Sequence record: SRR22947725_3492
DNA length: 48,285 bases
Direction: 5' to 3' (one strand)
Shown: positions 39,392 to 48,285 of the stretch, one piece after another
Layout of the letters: every line of letters begins with the position of its first letter
Position numbering within the stretch: position 1 is the stretch's first letter
Program-made: the position numbers and the translations under genes
The notes under the pieces: generated by a model
Seen by the model: only the letters and a program-made list of their open reading frames with translations
What the model was told of the DNA's origin: nothing
Database searches by the model: none

Positions 39392-40429
39392 ATGAAAAAC
39401 ATGAAACGTTCACATTTGAGTGGATTGATCAAAAAAACTGGCTTAGCGGTCATTGCTTCTACGTTTCTTTTAGCAGCACCGATAGCTCAAGCTGATGGAC
39501 ATGTTAAACCAGCGGTTGTTTATGATACTGCCGGTAAGAATGACAAGTCTTTTAACGAGGCTGTTTTTAATGGTATTACTAGATTCATGAATGATACTGG
39601 AATAGCTGTTACTGAACTTGAACCAACTAACGAAGCCATGATGGAGCAAAGTCTTAAGAAATTTGCTCAACGTGGTTATTCACCAGTTGTTGCTGTAGGT
39701 TTTACTATGGCTAATGCGGTTGCTGCTGCAGCTGCTGAATATCCGGATACTCAGTTCACTATTATTGATGGTGTCGTTGACGCTCCAAATGTTCAAAACG
39801 TTATCTATAAAGAGCACGAAGGTTCTTTCCTAGTTGGTGTTATGGCTGCTATGGCTTCAAACTCAGGAACTGTTGGATTTGTTGGTGGAATGGACATTCC
39901 ATTAATTAGTCGTTTTGAGTGTGGCTATAAGCAAGGTGTTGCACATGCTGACAGCTCAATGAATGTTTTAGCTCAGATGACTGGCTCTACACCTGCTGCA
40001 TGGGGTAACCCAACTAAGGGTGGTGAAATTACTCGTAGCCAAGTTGAAAATGGCGCTGACGTAGTTTATGCTGCTGCTGGTGGAACTGGTATTGGTGTAT
40101 ATCAAACTGCTGCAGATATGGGTGTTTTAGCGATTGGTGTTGACTCAAACCAAAACTATATGCAACCAGGAACTATGCTTACTTCTATGTATAAGAAGGT
40201 AGGATTAGCTGCTTATAACAGTTTTGCAGCTGCTGTTGCTGGTAACTGGGAAGCTGGTTTTAGTGTTAACGGTGTTGCAGAAGACGGCGTTGGTGCTGCA
40301 ATGGACGAGTATAACGCAGACCTAGTTTCTGCTGATATGCTTGCTGCTGTTGATGCTGCTAGAGCCGCAATTATTTCTGGTGACATCGTAGTTCATGACT
40401 ACATGAGTGATAATAGCTGCCCTCTATAA
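39392..40429 (+). CDS. BMP-family nucleoside ABC substrate-binding protein
   Basis: SD AAGGAG, signal peptide, DKSFNE, EHEGSFLVG, GFVGGM, AAAGGTG and IGVDSNQ. Codon usage looks strongly biased, suggesting high expression. Confidence 0.94.
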   Translation: MKNMKRSHLSGLIKKTGLAVIASTFLLAAPIAQADGHVKPAVVYDTAGKNDKSFNEAVFNGITRFMNDTGIAVTELEPTNEAMMEQSLKKFAQRGYSPVVAVGFTMANAVAAAAAEYPDTQFTIIDGVVDAPNVQNVIYKEHEGSFLVGVMAAMASNSGTVGFVGGMDIPLISRFECGYKQGVAHADSSMNVLAQMTGSTPAAWGNPTKGGEITRSQVENGADVVYAAAGGTGIGVYQTAADMGVLAIGVDSNQNYMQPGTMLTSMYKKVGLAAYNSFAAAVAGNWEAGFSVNGVAEDGVGAAMDEYNADLVSADMLAAVDAARAAIISGDIVVHDYMSDNSCPL

Positions 40430-40450
40430 AGAGTAGCTTTTTTATCCTAT

Positions 40451-40485
40451 AAACATCCGGCCCAAAAGGCCGGATGTTTTTTTTT
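40451..40485 (+). terminator. Intrinsic terminator or stabilising hairpin after the BMP gene
   Basis: AAACATCCGGCC-CAAAA-GGCCGGATGTTT, ending in a run of 9 T. Confidence 0.9.
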
Positions 40486-40575
40486 AACTTTAATATGTGA
40501 TTTTTGTAAGACTATATATTAAAGTTTTAAACGCTTACAACTATAATGAATCTATTTATCGGTTAAAAAATATCT

Positions 40576-42132
40576 ATGGCTAAGTCAAATATTGCTATTG
40601 AACTTATAAATGTAGATAAACATTTCGGAGCTGTTCACGCTAACGATAAGGTTAACTTGAGCGTTGAATCTGGCTCAATTCATGGAATTGTGGGAGAGAA
40701 CGGTGCCGGAAAATCTACACTGATGAGCATCCTATATGGTTTCTATCAGGCAGACTCTGGCCAAATTAAAGTCTTTGACAAAGACTTTAGAGCTACAAGC
40801 TCAAAGCAATCTATCGAAGCAGGAATTGGGATGGTCCATCAGCACTTTATGCTTGTGGATAACTTTACAGTACTAGAGAATGTAGTTCTTGGTAGTGAAG
40901 GTGGCGCCCTAATAACTGAAAGTCTCTCCAATGCTAGAATTGAGTTAACTAGGCTAGCTAAGGAATATGGATTGGAAGTTGAACTTGATATTGCTGTAGA
41001 AGAGCTCTCAGTTGGAATGCAGCAACGAGTTGAAATACTTAAAGGGCTTTATAAGGGTGCTAAAGTACTCATTTTGGATGAGCCGACTGGTGTTTTAACG
41101 CCTCAAGAGTCTGATGAATTATTCCGAATATTTGAGGCACTCAAAAATCAAGGCGTCACTATCATATTGATCACTCATAAGTTGCGTGAAATAATGAGCA
41201 TTACTGATCACGTTTCAGTCATGCGTGCAGGAAAAATGGTTGCACATCGCGAAACAAATAAAACCAACCCTGAAGAACTTGCAGAGCTAATGATTGGTAG
41301 AAAAGTTTTACTTAATATTGAGAAATCTAAAGCCAAAATAGGCAGCCCTGTCCTCACAGCAAAGAACCTTGAAATTAAAAATGAGCAAGGCTTAAAACGT
41401 GTATCCAATATTAGCTTTGAAGCTCGTTCCGGTGAAATATTAGGCATTGCTGGTGTTACTGGCAACGGCCAGGGAACACTTTTAAAAGCTTTAGCGGGAA
41501 TTCTTCCGATCTCTAAAGGTTCAATTGAAATTATGGGGGAGACGATCTCCTCTAGTAATAAACTAAACCCTGAACAACTTCGAAATTTAGGTGTTGCTCA
41601 TGTTCCTGAAGATCGTCAAAGAATGGGAATGATTTCTGAATTCACTGCAAGTGAAACTGCTCTTTTGGGATACCAAAATGACAAAAATATTAACCAGGGA
41701 GTTTGGTTGAAACGAGCCTCAGTTAAAGCTAACTGCGAATCCTTGATGAAGGCCTTTGATGTGAGGCCGAGCAATCCAAACCTTATGTCGTCAAATTTCT
41801 CAGGTGGAAATCAGCAAAAACTCATTTTAGCCAGAGAGTTTGAGAGAGACCCTGAAGTTCTAATTATTGGTCAGCCTACGAGGGGTGTTGACATTGGTGC
41901 CATTGAATTTATTAGAAAACGAATCATCGAAATGAGAGATGCTGGAAAAGCTATTATCTTAATCTCTGTTGAGTTAGAAGAAATCATGTCGCTCAGTGAT
42001 CGAATTATTGTGATGTGTGATGGAGAAATTACTGGGACAGTTAACGGTGCAGATGCTGATGAAGCGACGCTAGGCATGATGATGGCTAATGCGCTTGAAA
42101 CTGAAGAAGAGATGAAAGGAGCTCAGCTATGA
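40576..42132 (+). CDS. Nucleoside ABC transporter ATP-binding protein
   Basis: GENGAGKST, MVHQHFML, DEPTGVLTP, FSGGNQQK and QPTRGVDIG. Confidence 0.95.
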   Translation: MAKSNIAIELINVDKHFGAVHANDKVNLSVESGSIHGIVGENGAGKSTLMSILYGFYQADSGQIKVFDKDFRATSSKQSIEAGIGMVHQHFMLVDNFTVLENVVLGSEGGALITESLSNARIELTRLAKEYGLEVELDIAVEELSVGMQQRVEILKGLYKGAKVLILDEPTGVLTPQESDELFRIFEALKNQGVTIILITHKLREIMSITDHVSVMRAGKMVAHRETNKTNPEELAELMIGRKVLLNIEKSKAKIGSPVLTAKNLEIKNEQGLKRVSNISFEARSGEILGIAGVTGNGQGTLLKALAGILPISKGSIEIMGETISSSNKLNPEQLRNLGVAHVPEDRQRMGMISEFTASETALLGYQNDKNINQGVWLKRASVKANCESLMKAFDVRPSNPNLMSSNFSGGNQQKLILAREFERDPEVLIIGQPTRGVDIGAIEFIRKRIIEMRDAGKAIILISVELEEIMSLSDRIIVMCDGEITGTVNGADADEATLGMMMANALETEEEMKGAQL

Positions 42133-43229
42133 ATCGAGAGAGACGCCTTTCATGGATTAATGGCCTCCTACTGCCACTACTTAATGTCTTGACGGCCTTT
42201 TTAGCAACTGCCGTGGTATTTCTTTTAATTGGAGTTGATCCAATCGAGGCAACTAAGATATTAATTTACGGAGCGCTTGGCTACGATGAAGGTTTAGGTT
42301 ATACGCTGTATTATGCTACCAATTTTGTTTTTACTGGTCTAGCTGTTGCGGTTGCTTTTCATGCAGGGTTGTTCAATATTGGTGGTGAGGGCCAAGCCTA
42401 TGTTGGAGGTCTTGGAACTGCTCTAGTAGCGCTTTACCTTAATCCAGCTTTAAGTGCCTGGATTGTCATCCCTTTAGCGATATCTGGTGGCTTATTATTT
42501 GGCGCCCTATGGGCTATTATTCCAGCTTATTTACAGGCGTATCGTGGCAGTCATATTGTTATTACAACCATTATGTTTAACTTTTTAGCTTCAGCGTTGA
42601 TGGTCTATGTTCTTGTCAATGTTTTAAGAGAAGTTGGAGAGATGTCACCTGAAAGTGGTGACTTTATTAAAGCTTCATGGCTCCCTTTTGTTCATGATAT
42701 TTTTGCTAGTTTTGGTTACAAGATTGCGAAATCTCCCCTTAATTTATCGATTCTTGTTGCTTTATTTTTCTCAGGGTTGGTTTGGTTTTTCCTTTGGCAT
42801 ACTCGCTGGGGTTTTGCAATTCGTGCTGTCGGCAAAAGTAATGATGCGGCGATCTATGGCGGTATAAATCCAAAGAAAATAATTATTGTAACAATGTGCA
42901 TCTCCGGGGCCTTGGCTGGCTTAGTTGGAATCAATGAACTTATGGGTGTTCAGCATCGGTTGTTCTTGAACTTTAATTATGGCTATGGTTTTGGTGGAAT
43001 TGCAGTTGCGCTTATGGGTCGCAATCACCCTGTTGGAATTCTTATTGCTGCATTCTTGTTTGGAATCCTTTATCAAGGTGGTGCGGAACTTGACTTTGAA
43101 CTTCAAAACGTTTCTAGGGATATTGTTGTGGTCATGCAGGGTCTTGTTATTTTGTTTTGTGGTGGCCTAGAGTATCTTTATCGACCTGTTTTAATTCGCT
43201 TTTTAGCCCCTATTGAGGTAACAGAATGA
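42129..43229 (+). CDS. Nucleoside ABC transporter permease
   Basis: LFNIGGEGQ, VITTIMFN and GFGGIAVALMGRNHP. Confidence 0.93.
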   Translation: MNRERRLSWINGLLLPLLNVLTAFLATAVVFLLIGVDPIEATKILIYGALGYDEGLGYTLYYATNFVFTGLAVAVAFHAGLFNIGGEGQAYVGGLGTALVALYLNPALSAWIVIPLAISGGLLFGALWAIIPAYLQAYRGSHIVITTIMFNFLASALMVYVLVNVLREVGEMSPESGDFIKASWLPFVHDIFASFGYKIAKSPLNLSILVALFFSGLVWFFLWHTRWGFAIRAVGKSNDAAIYGGINPKKIIIVTMCISGALAGLVGINELMGVQHRLFLNFNYGYGFGGIAVALMGRNHPVGILIAAFLFGILYQGGAELDFELQNVSRDIVVVMQGLVILFCGGLEYLYRPVLIRFLAPIEVTE

Positions 43230-44200
43230 GTGATTTTTTCTTAAGCACTGTATTGACATTAGATGCATCTGTTCGAGTTTGTGTTCCCCTAATTTTTGCA
43301 TCCATGGCTGGTCTTTTTGCTGAACGATCAGGTGTCGTTGATATTGGACTTGAGGGTAAGCTCTTAATGTCTGCCTTTATTGCTGCAAGTGCCGCTGCAA
43401 TTTTTGGCTCTCCATGGATTGGGTTGCTAGCTGGTATTTTCGCATCCGCTGCTCTAGCAATGATTCATGGCTTCGCATCCATTACCTACAAAGGAAATCA
43501 GATTGTGAGTGGAGTTGCAATTAATATCTTGGCGGCTGGACTCACAATGATCCTCAGCCTGGCATGGTTTAAGAAAGCTGGAATTACTCCAACCCTTAAA
43601 AATGACCAAAGGTTTCTATCGATTGACTTGCCGGGTCTTGAACTAATTGATCATATACCCGTTTTAGGAGTTATATATAGAGAGCTTATCAGTGGACATA
43701 ACATTTTGGTTTACCTTGCTTTTGCAATTGTTCCTATGGTTTGGTGGGTTGTGTTTCGCACTCGATTTGGTCTTCGACTTCGAGCTGTAGGAGAGAACCC
43801 AAAGGCGGTTGATACTGCCGGAATTTCTGTTGAAGCTCTTAGATATAAAGCACTTTTAATAGGCGGAATTTTATGTGGAATTGGGGGTGTATATCTTGCT
43901 ACAGCCTATAATGCACAGTTTGTCAAAGATATGACTGCTGGTAGCGGGTTTATTGCTCTTGCTGCCCTTATTTTTGGAAAATGGCACCCCTATAAAGTAC
44001 TCGCAGCGTGCTTTCTGTTTGCTTTTTTAGATGCTATCTCGATAAGGCTTCAGGGCATAGCTATCCCTGGTGTTGGCGAAATTCCTGTTCAACTCATTGA
44101 AGCAACACCTTATATTCTAACAATTATTCTGCTAGCTGGGTTTATTGGAAAAGCTGTCCCACCTAAAGCTTCTGCACAGCCTTACATTAAGGAGTTATAG
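43226..44200 (+). CDS. Nucleoside ABC transporter permease
   Basis: ERSGVVDIGLEG, FGLRLRAVGENP and GFIALAALIFGKW. Confidence 0.93.
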   Translation: MSDFFLSTVLTLDASVRVCVPLIFASMAGLFAERSGVVDIGLEGKLLMSAFIAASAAAIFGSPWIGLLAGIFASAALAMIHGFASITYKGNQIVSGVAINILAAGLTMILSLAWFKKAGITPTLKNDQRFLSIDLPGLELIDHIPVLGVIYRELISGHNILVYLAFAIVPMVWWVVFRTRFGLRLRAVGENPKAVDTAGISVEALRYKALLIGGILCGIGGVYLATAYNAQFVKDMTAGSGFIALAALIFGKWHPYKVLAACFLFAFLDAISIRLQGIAIPGVGEIPVQLIEATPYILTIILLAGFIGKAVPPKASAQPYIKEL

Positions 44201-44202
44201 AA

Positions 44203-44595
44203 ATGAATGAAGAGAGCAAAATCAAAGCTACTAAGGAAGCTATGAGCAAAGCATACGTGCCCTATTCAAACTATCCAGTTGGTGTCTTAATTATTACAGA
44301 CAAAGGCAATAAGTTCACTGGATGTAATGTTGAAAATGCAAGCTATCCCCTTGGAAATTGTGCAGAAGCGTCTGCTATTGCAGCAATGGTTATGGGTGGA
44401 GAGAGAAAAATAAATCAAATTTATGTAATGACAAAAAATGACGAAGGTGGAATACCTTGTGGCGGCTGTAGACAAAGAATTAGAGAGTTCTCAGATTCAA
44501 CTACGCAGATTATTATGTGCTCGCCAGACGGCATTCAAAATCGAATGAATCTATCTGAGCTTCTCCCTCAATCATTTGGACCGGAGCACCTCTAA
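44203..44595 (+). CDS. cdd: Cytidine deaminase (homotetrameric type)
   Basis: AYVPYSNYPVG, GCNVENASY, CAE, PCGGCRQ and LLP..F. Confidence 0.96.
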   Translation: MNEESKIKATKEAMSKAYVPYSNYPVGVLIITDKGNKFTGCNVENASYPLGNCAEASAIAAMVMGGERKINQIYVMTKNDEGGIPCGGCRQRIREFSDSTTQIIMCSPDGIQNRMNLSELLPQSFGPEHL

Positions 44596-45398
44596 TGAGT
44601 CAAGTGCAAGATTGTGTTGATGTTATTCATCAACATACTAAGGGCTTTAAGCCTCAAATTGGACTTATCCTAGGTTCAGGATTAGGGCAATTTTGTGACA
44701 ACATGAAAACAGAGTCTAGCCTTGACTTTAAGGACTTGCCAGGCTTTCCTTTGGCTGGTGTTGGGGGTCATGCTGGGAAGCTTTTGTTTGGTGAGATTAA
44801 AGAGACTAAGGTTGTTATCATGCAGGGCCGCGCCCATTATTATGAACAGGGTCAGGCCAGTATTATGGCAGTAGCTATTCAAACTTTATGTGCAATCGGC
44901 TGTGAAAGCTTAGTTTTAACTAATGCTGCAGGAAGTACAGTCAAGGAAGCCTCGCCTGGAAGTGTTATGCTAATAACGGACCATATTAACATGACAGGCG
45001 TTTCCCCACTTTTTGGAGCTGAAGGAAATGAGCGGTTTGTTGATATGGTTAACGCATATGATCCAAAATTAAATGATGATATGCGCTTATCAGCAGCTCA
45101 AAATAACATAAGTTTACATGAAGGCGTATATGCTTGGTTTAGTGGACCTCAATTTGAAACTCCTGCTGAAATTAATGCAGTTAAAGTGCTAGGTGCCCAT
45201 GCTGTAGGGATGTCAACTGTTCCAGAAGTCATTTTAGCTCGCCATCAGGGTATTCGGCTATGTGCTCTCTCAGTGATAACAAATTATGCAGCAGGAATGG
45301 GTGATACTAAAATAAGCCACGAACAAACAATTGCTTTTGCAAATAAAGCTGCAGAGACAGTTGAAAAAATATTAATTTCTTATCTAAAAAATCAGTAA
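44595..45398 (+). CDS. punA: Purine nucleoside phosphorylase (trimeric type)
   Basis: ILGSGLG, GHAG, QGRAHYYE, TNAAG, GPQFETPAE, VGMSTVPE and ITNYAAG. Confidence 0.93.
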   Translation: MSQVQDCVDVIHQHTKGFKPQIGLILGSGLGQFCDNMKTESSLDFKDLPGFPLAGVGGHAGKLLFGEIKETKVVIMQGRAHYYEQGQASIMAVAIQTLCAIGCESLVLTNAAGSTVKEASPGSVMLITDHINMTGVSPLFGAEGNERFVDMVNAYDPKLNDDMRLSAAQNNISLHEGVYAWFSGPQFETPAEINAVKVLGAHAVGMSTVPEVILARHQGIRLCALSVITNYAAGMGDTKISHEQTIAFANKAAETVEKILISYLKNQ

Positions 45399-45404
45399 TA
45401 TGAA

Positions 45405-46466
45405 TTGAGCATAAAGACTATGAATACTAAAAAAAACTCAACTAATAATCTTGATTCTATAGAGGATAACAAAATCATTAATTTGGTCGATTCGCACCCA
45501 ATTGAAGAGTATAAAGATAATATAAGAAATCCTGGTATAGATTTCAGACTTGATGAAATCTCCAGCATATCAATTAACAAAAGTGCTGTAGAGAGGCGTT
45601 GTAGTAATTATGGGACTCGTCGAAGTATTAAAAAAGACAAGCAAGCTGCTTGGCTTCTTAAAGCTATCAGTTTAATGGACTTAACTACACTTTCTGGTGA
45701 CGATACAGAGGCCCGTGTTAAGCGCCTTTGTCGCAAAGCAAAGCAGCCTATTAGTTCGAATCTTGAAAAGCAGCTAGGTGTTCAGTCCTTAAACTTAAGT
45801 GTCGCTGCCGTCTGCGTTTATCACGATATGCTTAGTGCAGCTAAAAATATAATAAAGGACACCAATATTCATCTTGCTGCAGTTTCTACTGGCTTTCCTG
45901 CAGGCCTTTCTCCACTTCCTCTCAGACTTCAAGAAATTCAATACTCGGTAGATTCTGGTGCTAATGAAATTGATATCGTTATCAGCAGAAGACATGTGTT
46001 AGATGGAAACTGGGAAGCATTATATGAAGAAGTTAAGCTTTTTAGAGAAAAGTGTGGTGATGCCCATATGAAAACAATATTAGCTACTGGTGAGCTAGGA
46101 AACCTTACAAACATTGCAAAAGCTTCGCAAATTTGTATGATGGCTGGTGCGGACTTTATAAAAACATCGACTGGAAAAGAGCCTACTAATGCAACTCTTC
46201 CTGTCAGTCTTGTAATGACTAGAATGATTAGAGATTTTTATACTGAGACTGGCATTAAAATTGGCTTTAAAGCTGCTGGTGGAATTAGTGATACCAAGAC
46301 TGCACTTTTGTATATGACAATGATTAGAGAAGAATTAGGTCGACGTTGGTTGGAGCCTGATTTATTTAGATTTGGTGCATCTAGTCTTTTGGGAGATATT
46401 GAACGTCAGTTAGATCACTTTTCGTCAGGATTCTATTCAGCCCCTTACCGTCATCCAATCGCATAG
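45405..46466 (+). CDS. deoC: Deoxyribose-phosphate aldolase (long form)
   Basis: MDLTTLSGDD, AAVCVY, STGFPAG, EIDIV, KTILATGEL, DFIKTSTGK, GFKAAGG and RFGASSLL. The start is either TTG at 45405 or ATG at 45420. Confidence 0.94.
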   Translation: MSIKTMNTKKNSTNNLDSIEDNKIINLVDSHPIEEYKDNIRNPGIDFRLDEISSISINKSAVERRCSNYGTRRSIKKDKQAAWLLKAISLMDLTTLSGDDTEARVKRLCRKAKQPISSNLEKQLGVQSLNLSVAAVCVYHDMLSAAKNIIKDTNIHLAAVSTGFPAGLSPLPLRLQEIQYSVDSGANEIDIVISRRHVLDGNWEALYEEVKLFREKCGDAHMKTILATGELGNLTNIAKASQICMMAGADFIKTSTGKEPTNATLPVSLVMTRMIRDFYTETGIKIGFKAAGGISDTKTALLYMTMIREELGRRWLEPDLFRFGASSLLGDIERQLDHFSSGFYSAPYRHPIA

Positions 46467-46475
46467 GACTTATAT

Positions 46476-48285
46476 ATGACACTTTTAAAATCTTTTGAAG
46501 ACCTTGATTATAGTGAAGCGCTTGAAAGCAATAAGGAGGCACAGGATTGGCTTGAAAACAATAATCGCAGATTTGGTCAACTGATTAATGGCAAATTTGT
46601 CACCGTTAAAAATGCTAAGTTAATTGAGAGTCTAAACCCATCCACTAGTGAATTATTAGCTCACATAGAAATTGCAAACTCTGAGCAGCTAGAATCTGCA
46701 GTAAAGTCAGCTAGAAAAGCTCAGCCCTCTTGGGAAAAACTTGGAGGACATGGACGTGCAAAAGCTCTTTACGCCCTAGCAAGGTTAATGCAAAAACATG
46801 CTAGAATCATATCTGTTCTCGAAACACTCGATAATGGTAAACCCATTCGAGAAAGTCGAGATATCGATATTCCTCTTGCCATTCGACATTTTTATCACCA
46901 TGCTGGATGGGCTCAGCTTCAAGAAAAAGATTTTTCTAGTTATCAGTCGATTGGAGTTGTTGCACAAATCGTACCCTGGAATTTTCCATTATTAATGCTC
47001 TCTTGGAAGATTGCGCCTGCCCTTGCCATGGGGAATACAATTGTCTTTAAGGCGGCAGAACAAACCCCGATTACTGCGATGTTCTTTGCACAGCTATGTA
47101 ACGAGGCTGGGATTCCTCCTGGTGTCATTAATATGATTAATGGAGATGGGGTTATTGGCGCGGAACTTGCTGCACATAAGGGTGTAGATAAAGTTGCATT
47201 TACCGGTTCAACTGCTGTGGGTCAGTCCATCAGAAAGAGCACTGCTGGCCAAGGAAAAAAACTTACTCTGGAGCTGGGTGGAAAGTCAGCTTTCATTGTC
47301 TTCGAAGATGCAGATCTTGATGCTGCAGTTGAAGGTTTAGTTGACTCCATTTGGTTTAATCAGGGTGAGGTTTGTTGTGCTGGATCAAGGTTACTCGTTC
47401 AGGCTGAAGTGGCTAAAGAGCTTCACTTAAAAATTAAGAGAAGAATTAAACAATTAAGGCTAGGTAAACCTTTAGATAAGTCGACAGATTTAGGAAGCCT
47501 TGTAAGTAAAACTCAATTTAATAGAGTGAGTGAAATGGTTCAAGAAGGTTTGAATCATGGTGGTGAAATCTATCAAGCTTGTGATATTGATGAAAAAGGA
47601 AATTATTATCCCCCTACTCTCATTACCGACGTTGACTCAAGTCATCCTCTAGTTCAGGAGGAAATTTTTGGTCCTGTACTTGTCTCTATGACATTCAGAA
47701 CTCAATCTGAAGCAGTAGAACTAGCAAATAATAGTCGGTATGGTCTAGCAGCCAGTGTCTGGAGCGAAAATATAAACCGTGCTATGGACGTAGCCCCTAA
47801 AGTCAAAGCTGGGGTTATCTGGATTAATTGTCACAACCAGTTTGATGCATCATGTGGTTTTGGCGGTGTAAGAGAGTCAGGATTTGGAAGAGAAGGTGGA
47901 AAAGAGGGTCTATATGAATACCTTAAGCCCCTTGGACTAAAGTTACCTGACAAAACATCTTCAATCTCTGCATCACTCAAACCAAAAGATAATGTCATTG
48001 ATCGCACTTTGAAGTTTTACATTGGCGGCAAGCAAGTTAGGCCTGATGGTGGCCATAGCCTTGCTACTTTCAATGCAGATGGAACTCATGCTGTTTACGT
48101 AGGATCTGGTAATAGAAAAGATATACGGAATGCGGTCAGTGCAGCCTCTAGGGCTTCATCTTGGGGCTCCCAAAGTGGCCATGCAAGAGCTCAAGTCATC
48201 TATTTCATTGCAGAAAACTTATCGGTTAGAGAGTCTGAATGGATTCAAAGATTGGTGTCTTTGTGTGGCGTTTCAAAAAAACAAG
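46476..48285 (+). CDS. ALDH16-type two-module aldehyde dehydrogenase (cut at the window end; absent from the ORF track)
   Basis: ATG at 46476 after AGGA. My translation gives MTLLKSFEDLDYSEALES..., IVPWNFP, AFTGST, LELGGKS, FNQGEVCCAGSR, EEIFGPV and GFGREGG, then a second module IDRTLKFYIGGKQVRPDGG. I saw no stop before the window end. Confidence 0.9.
   Translation, partial: MTLLKSFEDLDYSEALESNKEAQDWLENNNRRFGQLINGKFVTVKNAKLIESLNPSTSELLAHIEIANSEQLESAVKSARKAQPSWEKLGGHGRAKALYALARLMQKHARIISVLETLDNGKPIRESRDIDIPLAIRHFYHHAGWAQLQEKDFSSYQSIGVVAQIVPWNFPLLMLSWKIAPALAMGNTIVFKAAEQTPITAMFFAQLCNEAGIPPGVINMINGDGVIGAELAAHKGVDKVAFTGSTAVGQSIRKSTAGQGKKLTLELGGKSAFIVFEDADLDAAVEGLVDSIWFNQGEVCCAGSRLLVQAEVAKELHLKIKRRIKQLRLGKPLDKSTDLGSLVSKTQFNRVSEMVQEGLNHGGEIYQACDIDEKGNYYPPTLITDVDSSHPLVQEEIFGPVLVSMTFRTQSEAVELANNSRYGLAASVWSENINRAMDVAPKVKAGVIWINCHNQFDASCGFGGVRESGFGREGGKEGLYEYLKPLGLKLPDKTSSISASLKPKDNVIDRTLKFYIGGKQVRPDGGHSLATFNADGTHAVYVGSGNRKDIRNAVSAASRASSWGSQSGHARAQVIYFIAENLSVRESEWIQRLVSLCGVSKKQ

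Overview
A low-GC, gene-dense bacterial window made almost entirely of catabolic and transport operons. The gene content suggests a streamlined marine proteobacterium, possibly of the SUP05/Thioglobus type, but this is inference only. (1) 6-4337 (+): the 3' end of an operon I read as sulfoquinovose (SQ) catabolism. It encodes a fucose-isomerase-fold isomerase, a Gfo/Idh/MocA protein with the GH188 NAD+-dependent sulfoquinovosidase motifs, a YihV-like sulfofructose kinase and an SlcC-like (S)-sulfolactate dehydrogenase. (2) 4334-19744: glycerol kinase, an IclR regulator, a sugar ABC transporter, GH36 alpha- and GH42 beta-galactosidases and a complete De Ley-Doudoroff galactose pathway. One 15-bp palindrome occurs both before glpK and before the galactoside operon. 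Blocks 1 and 2 together look like a locus for using the glycosyl-glycerol head groups of algal thylakoid lipids (SQDG, MGDG, DGDG) or floridoside. (3) tatABC. (4) 21419-39043 (-): a purine degradation operon (puuE, uraD, alc, allA, puuD, guaD, uraH, xdhABC, an ABC transporter with two tandem BMP binding proteins, adenine deaminase). xdhB appears to need an ATT start codon. (5) 39392-48285 (+): a nucleoside ABC transporter, cdd, PNP, deoC and an ALDH16-type aldehyde dehydrogenase running off the window, preceded by a near-consensus sigma70 promoter and a potentially structured leader. I saw no rRNA, tRNA, CRISPR array or mobile element. Family assignments come from motif recognition and remembered family features, not from database searches.
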